Shown here: piece by piece, positions 38,601 to 44,904 of the stretch
Layout: every line of letters begins with the position of its first letter
Numbering within the stretch: position 1 is the first letter of the stretch
Virus record (IMG/VR): IMGVR_UViG_3300021387_000334
Location: 1-64,000 of that record
Direction: 5' to 3' (one strand)
DNA: 64,000 bases
Source: a virus
Lineage: Duplodnaviria > Caudoviricetes
Notes under the pieces: model-generated
The model's input: the letters and a program-made list of their open reading frames with translations, nothing else
Told to the model about the DNA's origin: nothing
Database searches by the model: none
Made by a program: the position numbers and the translations under genes

Positions 38601-39861
38601 TTGTGGCAATCTTGCTGGCAAGCACTCCCTTGGCATGGTCTTTCACCCATTTCTTGCCATACTTCTGCATAGCATATTTCACCAGACCCTTCTGTGCTGA
38701 CTGCCCAAGGCCTGAAGCGGGGTTGATAGCCATTTCAAGCATGAAGGGGAGGGATTCGCCCGTCACCTGTCCTGCTTTTGCCCAACCGCTTAACTGTTTG
38801 CCATATTGTGAGGAGACGGCATTATTCAGAGCCCAGTCGCTCAGCAATTCTCTTTCATCCTCAGTAATCTGCTCGCCGTTATCCATGCGAATGATGGCCT
38901 CCATCAACTTTGTCTGCGTGTTGATGTCAGTGGCTCCGAAATCCCATGTGGACTTCTTGAAGGTAGAGTTGGCTACGTTTCTTGCTGCCTGTTTCAGACC
39001 GCCAAGGATGTCTACATCGCCCTCTCTATTCTCAATCTTCACCTCGTCGATGATACGCTTGCCCTCAGAAAGCAGATGCTGACGGGCCTCCAGCAGTTTG
39101 CGGTTCTCTGTCTCATTGTTGGCCATCATCATATTCACACCAGCATAAGGGCTTGCAGCCATATTGATAGCGTTGGCAAGAAAGAGCGATGGACTCTGGT
39201 CGTACATCTTGGCCAATTCTCTCAGCTCGCGCTCCTGCGACTTGGCCAGTTTCTTGTTCACCTCGTCGAGACGCTGCTGATTCTGCTGCTCCAAAGTCGG
39301 ACTATTCCTCGACTCTCTCAGATAGCGGTCATAAGCCACCTCCTGCGGCTCTATGGGGGTGATGACATTCTCCTTTACCACATTCCCATTCTCGTCAACA
39401 TATTGCTGAACACCGGGAGTGACCTTTGTATTATGTCGCGCCTCCTGAATATCCTCGCTAACTTTCCTGCGCTTGCCATTACCCACCTCATAAGAGGCTT
39501 CGAAGTCGGGCGTTCCGATAAATGCCTGGTGTGCGCCTTCGCCCGTCAGATAATGGGAAAGCGGCTTGCCAGTCAGCGGGTCTTTAGTAGGCTGCTTGGC
39601 GGCGGGATGTGGTGTCGGCTGTGGTACAACCTGTGGTTGTGCCGTAGGTTGCGGCTCTGTCACAGCGGTTGGCTGTTCAGGTCTTAGCTTTCCGAAAAAT
39701 TCATCCCTGCTGCCTAGCTTGTACCCGTCTGCGGTAAGGTTCTGATACAATTTGTCGGCTTTCGTACTGTCCGACATGTTCTTGGCGAACTGTTCCATCG
39801 AGCCGAGGTTATAGCCGTCGGCCTTCAAGTTCTGGTATAGTCTCTCTATGTTGTTCGGCAT
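23671..39861 (-). CDS. giant polyvalent ejection protein (DarB-like): N6-adenine MTase, strawberry-notch-type SF2 helicase, HExxxH zincin-like domain, LPD-type C-terminus; 5396 aa
   Basis: GLEPSAGNG and VVTNPPF (MTase); GDQTGIGKGRQ, DESHN, SATF and RGRIDRTGQ (helicase); WHETVAHVGL. Confidence 0.85.
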   Translation of the reverse strand: MPNNIERLYQNLKADGYNLGSMEQFAKNMSDSTKADKLYQNLTADGYKLGSRDEFFGKLRPEQPTAVTEPQPTAQPQVVPQPTPHPAAKQPTKDPLTGKPLSHYLTGEGAHQAFIGTPDFEASYEVGNGKRRKVSEDIQEARHNTKVTPGVQQYVDENGNVVKENVITPIEPQEVAYDRYLRESRNSPTLEQQNQQRLDEVNKKLAKSQERELRELAKMYDQSPSLFLANAINMAASPYAGVNMMMANNETENRKLLEARQHLLSEGKRIIDEVKIENREGDVDILGGLKQAARNVANSTFKKSTWDFGATDINTQTKLMEAIIRMDNGEQITEDERELLSDWALNNAVSSQYGKQLSGWAKAGQVTGESLPFMLEMAINPASGLGQSAQKGLVKYAMQKYGKKWVKDHAKGVLASKIATRVAGDVLGGQIMAATTGLVRTSADAAKRYSEGMVENVDQQGNIIFKDKEKRISPMEAFTKAWVANGIGNSSEMWGEYLAPVTGILRNAIGKAVIGKAGREALNLTGRLGDVSLNKAQRFIFDVTSQRGLGAISQGLDNFLKKTQWHGVFSEYIEEELGNLANAATVGDMTFDNAEDTGIFNLQQHIDTFAGVALMGGFISALHTKAYAWDKWNNRMSKIDEKGNKFFADWDDMKTVIQSVADDPIALNSTITAYINNANMSQDERKVVLDYAGKVLERKGAVMAEYQPRMNSSSIKKNDDGSFSVASLDAFGNVIGQQSFETEDEAKAYQGELKMRQQSQDMKDYLQLSVGMSYPESSDLVAEFLGEDPTPEQLADIQNPETEIGRQFQERKNQRVIEKARATREAIAAFEEENGWEAGTIRELSEADPMQLSQEELQMADQAREFLKGLAYPNTEVHTEVSAQEGAEAAEGVVNQVTSTEDAIDPQNNAGKEITEGWAAAQAARQQLFSRNEDLMQEVERMEQQGFFPQEIVSSLDSFSPQDRQTVIDYYNAQAKFNAYMAEAQRKIAEAANMGRQRRTFKGTINGNPDTSNIVNITDGTNTYVLVSGNVQTSNDGRITGSDSGLIIAFDEAAGEMVQLSDASGYSVIPSGVTLDAWEAQEVERLGQGVTMVSDPNGTLSQPQSAPGKPGLSPEESGTLPGGNAPSATAPATPTPPAANATGTVADTSGNTAGTPAVSIESVIDKDGIKRYENGVSVDDAIADIQNDGFDVGEVADASIAEAQQTIDKINGKATKTRKDLIDRKKAQGVIDYYQALKERAAMLSQGTEEAPANGEENVNNQTGQHESGKNVVPSQPGQTVEEQKQERIKALKAELGELFDDDFTKANDVYELVSMWIGRKRNLAWDDVNGKRGLQKELGWTRMIGGDTKYIETLLAKKGEGIGVDEFVHMVWESPENSVGEEKRWTTEEIKEALLDLLKSAQSKSDVVDYAVNSREQAARVAPEAQQQMEQEAAAQQPAEVEVAPLTDEEIAQMEANLPFAAPVEGEDIPDSPITQLMKLVQELMQQEGMPQIKLVDTDRMSDDEWIDLTSQVYGGDFVDEETVNEVRDYALTTGVIRDDDGTILVFSDSQTPEDVKSKIQTILDYANTLQEEGRNDGRDTIVERTETKTPQEQKPETPAAAGAAGTESQGSTEPVVTETPAEVPQGTERDEYLQPRNEKEEQIIADVIAQLQQEIDAAIKERDKAASDLQKAQAKESDRATDMFSDDEAFQEPGQLFSFDDMGGTDRTKEGVNRRTAAERKALQDAQKKLDQLQSEAERKSRIRGALDNERRQTSFTPAADATGTVTGQPQSREEYLASHPLTEEQIMADMGALEDEKLNAIDFLRGEDDSAISRFYYDSIYERAQKTSSENRQKKEGNEPAKEKKEERDSWQSATDEEFYPVAKDWLDQQEKPYSSALQRKFKIGYHKATRIMERYMAEKGAENDPMAAIEQAAQSFREEQKSQDQKDIDDALKEFNDFLDNAKGSNVLDKFMRKGLEGNDKAQASLLDAFTLTNEAQRMFLKDLLRLASKVGYAYIKSGVHDVQTWSKKMSDSIGQKLKEVLGWEDDIIGEFVDEVWQQKYTVDGQRMRLSEHAERLKNGNSTDQTVNEHKDENNDPENVVSSQQKPASKLEGDSAEFAERQHKLTQLTKKIRAKLQGIVNWGDQPKPLSAYKQIAKELGIENLSDTDLQELIETEVVNLAREIANKEGLTDEKKFLKIVKLYEGQPSLNARDNDRINKQQYSTPAPMAFLMGKFLKEGKEVKSGLEPSAGNGMLTLNLPKEAMHVNDIDEMRLSNLAKQGFAEVTSQDGTQPFGEKKYDVVVTNPPFGNVPAKTYDGLYEISGLEHQMAINALESMKDDGRAAIIIGGNTEYNQNGSIKGKDRAFFNYLYAHYNVVDVINMDGKTLYSRQGTGFPVRMILINGRKEFNPRSFAPTIQKARAERVNSYDELYKRVNDDILSDSNKPASVHDTESGESDGKHDNGHAGNTTQTGVRNVRSEGGSKQRQLLDSGGQSVSGGVGSTSKGADTGTDTSVGERGDVVHGTGSTASQPGGSTPSSAEQGGNVPNRRNDTERPDGRVDVSVGGGSRPSVEVRRLGTEKVPYRQQSKNPYSLQSQMPAEQAEVVKKALEELGDVDEFLVKELGYSSVEDLHHGSQSPEKHGGLAAEQIDSVAMAIHQMNEGNAFIIGDQTGIGKGRQAAALIRYGVKKGGCPVFITVKKGLFSDMYRDLCDIGSPGLRPFIWSADDEEHSADVTDKNGNVVYKRPSDKEQKRVVDYINKYGKLPPEYDYIVTTYDSFKGGTMVYEEGQKKARNFGKKSPTTGAYNSQAKRDALERLAENSYVIMDESHNAGGETSAVSGYLQYITTKAKGVTFLSATFAKRPGNMPIYSLKTAIAKAGVKIGELIDAVKQGGATFQEIMSKALTEAGQMIRRERDMTGVTIDWKGIEDEAVIEKQRQQYDTIIGLFNDIIDFQRRYVDPIVNKKNDEAADEQGEVDHTPGTRDMGINNTPFASRTYNMVQQVLLSLKAEETAKRAIEHLKQGHKPVIALANTNEGAADEVSTGEDMEMPDLSVNLKKGLQGTLRITKKDAFGNSTNEMIPFDELSEAGQARYREIMDAIENASSGLSLSPIDVIKNELKKAGYKVGELTGRKQEFVYNEDGTVKRVKRQDSDKKRTAADFNNGKLDVLILNKSAGTGISLHASSKFDDQRQRVMIVAQAQGDVNDEVQIRGRIDRTGQVLRGMYEYVVSQIPSEQRLLMMLKAKLRSLDANTTSSQKSKFNEMQVQDIINKYGDDIVIQYLAEHTDLAAKMVDPLKWGEGFETMPAETLIANATKDGEAGKTASKVLGRMALLKVAEQEKMLAEIGDLYQAEIDRLNEMGENDLEITEMPLRAKTLGKKVWEEGVEPGGKNPFADNSYVEEVEMDILKKPMKAEELKKSQSRLLGGKTWDEYKQGVLERLDKWEAEKKKDATDTITARAEKKAQAEKEKYIKGAKKAQEKNGMTDAEIEKNGQYQYDHFYKEEMEKLQAALDAVDKQKQAFVDALETFTTDGVYALPTDIYDLGELSFEPSFGKVIDIKISDNFSTAASTISFATLDGRRKITIPISGMVKQSNGEKRDIKPIIVQQSAQSRSGFFGSNIANMMKVLEQNVDNWDKLTSTATRKKGYIITGNLLKALTSLQKQRQGGKLISYTTDTGEIRQGVLMGERFDPGALTSQNPISSAKADLDDWGKDRKITSADGDVTIKADGYGSWMSYTLKVPKSKKKGEKYFNDKVLLSLMDGQFEGSSALKADFKEENLDKVLKRLDELGVTVQSKKEDTNNDIDSGYSEDIEEDELNTLEGGYSEETDEEVIERLEREPKIKVYRAMSLIDGKLYPPMATKQDGQLREPIELGKWEKSDEHPEKAVKRNGKWVFKLTKDNGKSLFAAYNPYIHTSTTMLNDQFSEAQNRPNLVVVEVEVPESELTSGYKAEKAKDAVGRLEWKAGIIQGQLTGTREVILSRWDKPVRIVPTEEVAKSIAKQINCKVEVMPTNVVTPAQREALEKEGVKFVETDNRGKIVDGPNKGKTYSSVYGKKAKNSGYSEGEAKAKPQSTRHKENIRKHVENLLNKLGTRNRTTVITSINGVRNKARREHIENMHKQGKKVYGWFENGRIYLYLPDIDSIYKAEQTIWHETVAHVGLRELLGADNYGKLLNRLWMQHKDGEMGDWVTRRMQVNGWSLHKAIDEWLAREAEKVVAERQERRTLWQKLAGWVGDILREIGYRTNPTITDVRYLFWLSENQLREGEPMSAIKRAAFLHRLERENRTAVLQRSTKRGSDMDAGYSEDIDDPMEYSEKAVYDERLNRVETVFTEAYQDSMIALKTAQNAIAHDKAIPDSQNAYMAENLMHGKNKNEQDLFNSMLRDPLIDTINKIMNRTGMNWGDVDRYVYTKSGLERNREFFVRDWLERERNKNIRKYEDLNPEEQDIFDHKAEVIETLFEDGDIETEEQKEKELAKALQEAHKEYIDSIEERLVALKQKNYLDLQTGDINFADYLAGLTNFILDNIDGAYNPSENDYSGFRAMYGDEDGKYDEDEIIAELMDTEDAIEAENVDTLWEQIQNCTRYGLERYRESGMRSDEQIDKIEQMFHWYVPMRGFKNDTGEDMYQYFTAKGKEKSYIGGLLKHAKGRGSEANYPISTIFAMTYKAISDCNQNLVNQKLYRLCQTNPNDLVVLSDTWAKLNEATGEFEEAYPDINDDMDEEEIRQAVVAFEEEMKELAKENKAIKIRGKEKFDYVPMDKKKKSEHVIEVRINGQQKRMIVVGNPRMAQALNGQLRFERGKNVFSKWNNAVKNFMASVFTSYSPTFALRNMFRDWTHFRTMLGVREGRGYAKRANKYYRQSLFKMVGLFRKYREGTLNMDNEMERDFKDFMDNGGITGFVQMQKIDDIQKQMEKLYKQQKDGKPVRLNNKVWEYTLGAIEALNEGIENNARFATFRASRHYAGRTKARAAYDAKEITVNFNKKGAGSKTAGFKSQNKVVEDAAKAFGVTSQILGEGRIFFNATVQAIATTFKNFQKADGSLNKGYIAKWAARYALPPFAFGLALPMINQALAAAFGGDDDDPYANLPEWTRRKNICIYIGNNNFITIPIGQELAAFLALGDMFAGLTYAPNLKPVDRSIDEEMVGIMNTFSPVDIDTKITKGGLMEDPVDELVGRTFSVLAPLVAVGQNLGWTGRPIYREDKFQNDQFTPEYQMVYSGTNPALVNASKLLHELGGGDDIVRGKLEVNPAIVQYLWEQYSGGPGKFLGNTLVGAGKDLKDLLVEGEAPDFNIRKIEGVKAFVQQGDDRTQYYRTQAKYRKYKADAEKLHDAVKGYEGAAAEDPMALMKLENIVTGEDYVRMEIVREADKQLSKINKAANKAEGRERKELRRLYNEQVKAVVDLLDGVGKD

Positions 39862-39867
39862 ATTCTT

Positions 39868-41118
39868 TTAGCTAAATGGATCGTCTTTGTGATTCGTCTT
39901 TGTCTGTGCGGGCTTATTTCGGTCGGCGAACGGATCGCCCTTTGTCTTGTCGTTAGGTATCTGTTCGTTCCATTGCCACCCATATTTTGAGTGCATACGG
40001 ACGGCTGCATCATCATGCTCCATTAGCATCTTGTCAACGGCTCTCTCTTTGATGTTCTGCGAGATTGCAGCTGAGCCTCCGATGCTATATCCTCCGTAGT
40101 TCATCTGTCCTTTGAGTTCGGCTTCGTCAATATAAGGTCGCCCTGTACGCGGGTCTTTCATTTTCTTGCCCCACTCATACATCTGGTGATAAGTGTTCTT
40201 TATCTCGCCTGCGGTTGCTCCTTTTTTCGTCAGATAGCCTCGGCGGGTGTCTCTCCGTTCCACCTTGCCGCTACCACCACCGCCACCATTCAGGCGATTG
40301 ATATAGGCTGCGGCCCTGCGTTCGTTGGTGCGGGCATTCCTGTCAGCGATACCAGCCATCGTGTTCTGATAACTCGTCTGTTGTTTCAGCCTGGCTTCCC
40401 CAAGGGCTTTTGCATCATCGGCTCTGCGATTACCGAGGTCAAGCTGGCCTTGCTGATAAGCTTTCTGCTGCGCCAGCCTGTCCTGCATATTCTTGATCTG
40501 CGCCTCTGTATAGCCAGCCTTCCTTGCAGCGTCGGCCACCTTCAATCCATAGTCTGCCTCCCACTGCCTCTGCTTGGCATCCTGCGCGGCCTTGGCCTGC
40601 TGGTAGGCACTATATTTCAGATTGGCGGCATCACGGAGAGCCTTGCCCCTCTCGTATCGCTGTTCCTCTTCCAGGACGGGAGAGTTGAACTGCTGAGGCG
40701 GGGCATAGTTCACGGTGTGGATAATGTTGCCGATATGTCTGGCGGCATCGGCAAATGCCAGGATGCGACGGTTGGCCATGCTTGCCCTCCTCATACGCTC
40801 CTCATCCTCGGGACTGGTGTACATCTGTGCCAGTGCGTTCATGCCCGAAGCGGGATTGCTCGGGTCGATGGGAGGCTGATAGGTGACGGGGGGCTGAACG
40901 GGGTTGTTCGTGTTCCTTGGCGGGACGGCCTGCGCCGTACTCTGTGGCGCTGGCTTCGGAGTTTGATAATTGCGGAACATGTTGGGGTTCTGCTTGCCTG
41001 CTGCGAACTGCTCCGGCGTCTCGCCCGCCACCTGTCCGGGCGTTCTCTGCTGCGCCATCTGCTGCCCTTGGGCTATCCCCGCAAGCTTCTGTTGCTGCAA
41101 TAATAGATTATCTGCCAT
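39868..41118 (-). CDS. DNA ejection/pilot protein (Q/A-rich coiled coil)
   Basis: Composition, position directly upstream of the giant ejection protein, and a late-type promoter. Confidence 0.6.
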   Translation of the reverse strand: MADNLLLQQQKLAGIAQGQQMAQQRTPGQVAGETPEQFAAGKQNPNMFRNYQTPKPAPQSTAQAVPPRNTNNPVQPPVTYQPPIDPSNPASGMNALAQMYTSPEDEERMRRASMANRRILAFADAARHIGNIIHTVNYAPPQQFNSPVLEEEQRYERGKALRDAANLKYSAYQQAKAAQDAKQRQWEADYGLKVADAARKAGYTEAQIKNMQDRLAQQKAYQQGQLDLGNRRADDAKALGEARLKQQTSYQNTMAGIADRNARTNERRAAAYINRLNGGGGGSGKVERRDTRRGYLTKKGATAGEIKNTYHQMYEWGKKMKDPRTGRPYIDEAELKGQMNYGGYSIGGSAAISQNIKERAVDKMLMEHDDAAVRMHSKYGWQWNEQIPNDKTKGDPFADRNKPAQTKTNHKDDPFS

Positions 41119-41141
41119 AAAAATAACGTTATTTCTGCGGG

Positions 41142-41183
41142 CAAAAATAGCGTGAATGCCGTTTCTGTCTCCCGTGTTTTTAC
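41142..41183 (-). promoter_or_regulatory. late-type promoter of the ejection operon (GTAAAAACACGG-N22-TATTTTTG)
   Basis: Motif at 41172-41183, -7 box at 41142-41149, both on the minus strand. Confidence 0.8.
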
Positions 41184-41293
41184 ATGTGGAATTGTTAGAA
41201 TTCCTTAATTTGATTTGCTATCATTTGCTATCATTTGTCGCCGATTCCATGAAATTTGCAAAACACGGAAAGATTCTCTATATTTGCAGCATT

Positions 41294-41797
41294 ATGAAGA
41301 ATGACTACGACATAGAAAAACAGAAGCAGGACGATCTGATAAATGCGTACAATCAGGTTGCTCCCCACTGCCTGATGCAGGATGATGCCTACAGGAAGGC
41401 GGTAAAACAGCCCGCACCAAGATATTACATATCGGCAAAGCAGGCTGCACAGGTTCTCTCCCCGATGGTCAGAGGCGACTTCACGAGGGTAGACATGATG
41501 ATACCCAACAGGAGGCGCATGTACTACTCTCTCTTCGAGAAGGTGCTGGAACTGTCAGAGAAGCGGGCGTTCGTAGGGAAGTCGCTCCTTTACATCACTC
41601 GGTTTGCGGTATTATCCCCTGCGCCGGAGTTCTTTATCGGTGGCGACTCTTTCAGAGTGCTACGCTCGTATCTGAAGAACGGGCACTATGACGATGACGG
41701 AAGGACGTGCGGACTCCCTGGCAGACAGAGGGCCTACGAGAAACTGAAGAGGAAACGGGAGAGAATCAAGGCGCTCAAATCCTCGCTTCGGTCATAG
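41294..41797 (+). CDS. hypothetical basic protein, possible transcriptional regulator
   Basis: QPAPRYYISAKQAAQVL motif. Has a canonical TTTG-N20-TATATTTG promoter at 41255-41286. Confidence 0.65.
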   Translation: MKNDYDIEKQKQDDLINAYNQVAPHCLMQDDAYRKAVKQPAPRYYISAKQAAQVLSPMVRGDFTRVDMMIPNRRRMYYSLFEKVLELSEKRAFVGKSLLYITRFAVLSPAPEFFIGGDSFRVLRSYLKNGHYDDDGRTCGLPGRQRAYEKLKRKRERIKALKSSLRS

Positions 41798-43934
41798 GCT
41801 CAAAGGTCTTCTCCTTCTTTTCCTCACGTCTCCATGAGGGCTTGTAGATGGATTCATGGAAGGCGATCCACAGTCCGATGGCCGTAGACATGAGTACGTC
41901 GTCATGCTTTCCGGATCCCGGCTCGTTACCCATCCTGTTCGTCTCAGGGTCGCGCTGATACCAGCCTAATTCCTGGTACATGTTCTCGTCGGGCTCTTCC
42001 CAGAGCTTGTCATCCACACACGCAATCAGATTATCAATGAGCCATATCTTCGTCTGCACATTGGTATGAAAACCATATATCGGCTTGATTCCCTCGGTAG
42101 TGCTCTCCGGCTCCTTCACTCTCTGATAGAGATTAGGATAATACCCCGCAATCTCGGTGATGATAGTACCGAAGTGGTCGCCCTCGGTATTGTTGTCCTT
42201 CTCGCGGTCTGCCGTGTTTTTCTCAATGACCAATAAAGCATCGTCATAGAAATGTGCCAAGGCCGCTGCCGTCCAAGCGAGTATATCATGTCTGATATGC
42301 CCCCTCCATCGGGCTACTACTCTCGGCCTGCCCTTCACCTCGGGAACCATACCCATCAAATCAAAGACTGTCATCACGGTATAGTCACTCGTCTGGCTCT
42401 TTCCTCCAATATCCACAGATACCAGATACCGATTCCTGACTTTCAGTATCTGATTATTGGGCATCGACCATATCTTCAGCTCTCCCGCCTTGTCATTCCG
42501 GATTTTTATATCCGCATTGAGGAACACCTTGCGGCTCTTCTGCTCGAACGGGGGAAGGTTGATGTTGGCATAGTAGAGTGGAGACTTTGGGGCCTGACAG
42601 TCCTCCTTCAGATCATCAATGGCATACGGGTCGAAGACTGCATTACCCGCATTACGGAATGCCTCAACGGGGTCGATAGGAGCCTCGGAGGCCATGTAGC
42701 CGTGCGCCTTGTGCTCATTACGTCTGTATCTGTACCAGTTGATAGCCTCAAAGCATGCACCCATCTTCCATAGCCTCCAGAAGAACTTACCGCTCTCACG
42801 GAATCCCGCAGGGCACTGCTCGTAGTCTTTATTCTCCCATAGCCAAGTGGCAAATTCCTCCTCTTCCTTCTCAGAAAAACCTTCCTTTCCCATCGGCTTC
42901 ATGTCATTCTCAATCAGGAAGAAGGCGATAAACAGGAAATGGTAGGCCGAAGTGGAATCTTCCTTCATGGCATCCTGACAGAGGTCATAGAAGAATCCGC
43001 TGTTCTTCTTACCCGTACTCTCAAAGACGGCCAGCTCGTCGGGCAGTCCAAGGAATCCACCCTGCAGGTTGGAGATAACCTCGTCGGGGTCGTGTTCGGG
43101 GGTCTTCTTCCACGATGCCACCTCGGAGTAGTGTACCATCTTGTAGTTGTCGCCACGGCACTTCTCAAATGAGTTGAAAGAGGCGATACTCAAAAGCGAG
43201 GTACGCGCCAAGAATTTACCGTCGGTAATCTGAAAGTCGGAGTCTGAACGCTCGTATGGGGTCATCTGCAGCTTACTGCCTGGCATCCCTATCGTCCATC
43301 CCGGCTGCTTCTCCACGGCCTTTCTGTACATGGCCTTGATCTTCTTGGAGGTAGAGTCTGCCTGAGTGATTACCGCTGCATTCCATCCGTGGGGGTGACG
43401 GAACTCCTGCATCCACTTGATGTACATCTGTGTCAATGTTGAACCTCCCCACTGGCGGGCTTTCAGCAAGACCACAAGGATAGGCTTGTTCGCCCTTCGC
43501 AGGTCTTCGAAGAGTCCAAGCAGCTTTCTCTGTGCATATCTCAGACGGAAGGGTATCATGCCGCCCGTCACCTTATCCACAATCTGGTCTACCAACACAA
43601 ATGCAAACTCGGGATCGTCATAGCACCTCGCCTGGAAAAGGGCTTCCTCCACGTCCTGATGATACCATTCATCATAAGTCCCGTTGACCTGCCCGCTCTC
43701 TTCTATAAACCTACGGATAGTGCCGTATTTCAAGACCTCATGCCATATCGTACTCTCCATGGTCTCTCTCGGAATCCACATTTCGGGGATGATGCAGTCG
43801 GGAATGACCACATGAACCCTCATTCCCTCCTTGAAACCATAGCACCCCAGCCCCGTCAGCTGGTCGTAAGGCCCGAATATCTCCTGCCTTCTGCTATGAT
43901 TCTCCGCTATCAGCTCCCTTATCTCTTCCTTCAT
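41775..43934 (-). CDS. terL: terminase large subunit
   Basis: LKARQWGGST (Walker A), HYSEVA (Walker B), SVDIGG...SDYT and HDDVL nuclease motifs. ATG43934 overlaps the upstream stop. Confidence 0.9.
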   Translation of the reverse strand: MKEEIRELIAENHSRRQEIFGPYDQLTGLGCYGFKEGMRVHVVIPDCIIPEMWIPRETMESTIWHEVLKYGTIRRFIEESGQVNGTYDEWYHQDVEEALFQARCYDDPEFAFVLVDQIVDKVTGGMIPFRLRYAQRKLLGLFEDLRRANKPILVVLLKARQWGGSTLTQMYIKWMQEFRHPHGWNAAVITQADSTSKKIKAMYRKAVEKQPGWTIGMPGSKLQMTPYERSDSDFQITDGKFLARTSLLSIASFNSFEKCRGDNYKMVHYSEVASWKKTPEHDPDEVISNLQGGFLGLPDELAVFESTGKKNSGFFYDLCQDAMKEDSTSAYHFLFIAFFLIENDMKPMGKEGFSEKEEEEFATWLWENKDYEQCPAGFRESGKFFWRLWKMGACFEAINWYRYRRNEHKAHGYMASEAPIDPVEAFRNAGNAVFDPYAIDDLKEDCQAPKSPLYYANINLPPFEQKSRKVFLNADIKIRNDKAGELKIWSMPNNQILKVRNRYLVSVDIGGKSQTSDYTVMTVFDLMGMVPEVKGRPRVVARWRGHIRHDILAWTAAALAHFYDDALLVIEKNTADREKDNNTEGDHFGTIITEIAGYYPNLYQRVKEPESTTEGIKPIYGFHTNVQTKIWLIDNLIACVDDKLWEEPDENMYQELGWYQRDPETNRMGNEPGSGKHDDVLMSTAIGLWIAFHESIYKPSWRREEKKEKTFEPMTEARI

Positions 43935-44425
43935 AGCCAGTCCCTCGTTCCGTGCGGTGCGATATTGTCGCGCCAGAAATAACCCACCAAATATCCCGCC
44001 ATCAGACAATAGATATGCAGCAAGGCGTTCACATGGGGAATGAACATCGGGATTATCAGAAACCACTTATTCCTCCAAAGCATATCCCTGAACCGCTTCA
44101 CACGACCCCAGCTCATGCCCACAATGGCAAAAAGTACACCGCTGAAACCGCAAGTAGCCTCACCAATAAAGCAAGGCAGGAAAGAGCAGAGCGCCGCTAT
44201 CAGATAGGAGACGGACAGATGCAGTCCGCATGGAATCATCCAAAGGCAAAGGATATTCGCCATCAGATGCCACACATTGGCATGACTCAGCGGATATAAC
44301 ACATGACCCGTCCAGTATGTTGCGGTATTTCCGCAACCCCCACCGAAAGCAAACTGCGGCATAGCAAAATACCACACCACCAATACAAGGCTCACTATGA
44401 TCTTAGCAAGGGAATACTTCATCAT
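43931..44425 (-). CDS. rhomboid-family intramembrane serine protease
   Basis: HANVWHLMAN (HxxxxHxxxN), GFSG (catalytic Ser) and LHIYCLMAG (TM6 His), with multiple TM segments. Confidence 0.8.
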   Translation of the reverse strand: MMKYSLAKIIVSLVLVVWYFAMPQFAFGGGCGNTATYWTGHVLYPLSHANVWHLMANILCLWMIPCGLHLSVSYLIAALCSFLPCFIGEATCGFSGVLFAIVGMSWGRVKRFRDMLWRNKWFLIIPMFIPHVNALLHIYCLMAGYLVGYFWRDNIAPHGTRDWL

Positions 44426-44904
44426 ATCAGGCAGAAGGAGAAGGTGTTGGAAAAGCACACCATCTCACCCCAGAAAATCATCGTCTCCCATTTCTTCCAG
44501 CCGATGATGAAACCCGCTATGACATACGGAATCCACAACAGCAGAAGAAGCGGACAGTTAAACACTAAGACCAGCTGGCTGCAGGAGGCACAGACGATGG
44601 CACCCCACTCATGAACCTTGAACTGCATGGCATCATCCCTGTACTTCACCAAAGGGGCGGCACCGACAAACGCCAACCCCGCTATGGCAAGGAAGGCAAG
44701 GAACTGGGTGTTCTCCGTAGTCCTCCCGATATACACGGGAATACAGAGATAGCAGACCGCCAGAATGACAAGCGACCAGACATACCTCAGCTTCTCGGGA
44801 ATCCAGAACACACTGGCAGAAAGAGAGGACGGGACACGGCCTATCTCACGGATCATGTAAAGCGTGTAGGCCAACAGAATAAGGATTGCTATTACGATAC
44901 TCAT
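44422..44904 (-). CDS. polytopic membrane protein (about 5 TM)
   Basis: Hydrophobic segments throughout. ATGA-coupled on both sides. Confidence 0.7.
   Translation of the reverse strand: MSIVIAILILLAYTLYMIREIGRVPSSLSASVFWIPEKLRYVWSLVILAVCYLCIPVYIGRTTENTQFLAFLAIAGLAFVGAAPLVKYRDDAMQFKVHEWGAIVCASCSQLVLVFNCPLLLLLWIPYVIAGFIIGWKKWETMIFWGEMVCFSNTFSFCLI

Noticed and set aside
41257-41268. Seventh late promoter
   Set aside because: The AAAACACGG lies 10 nt, not 22 nt, from the -7 box, and the promoter fits the canonical host spacing.
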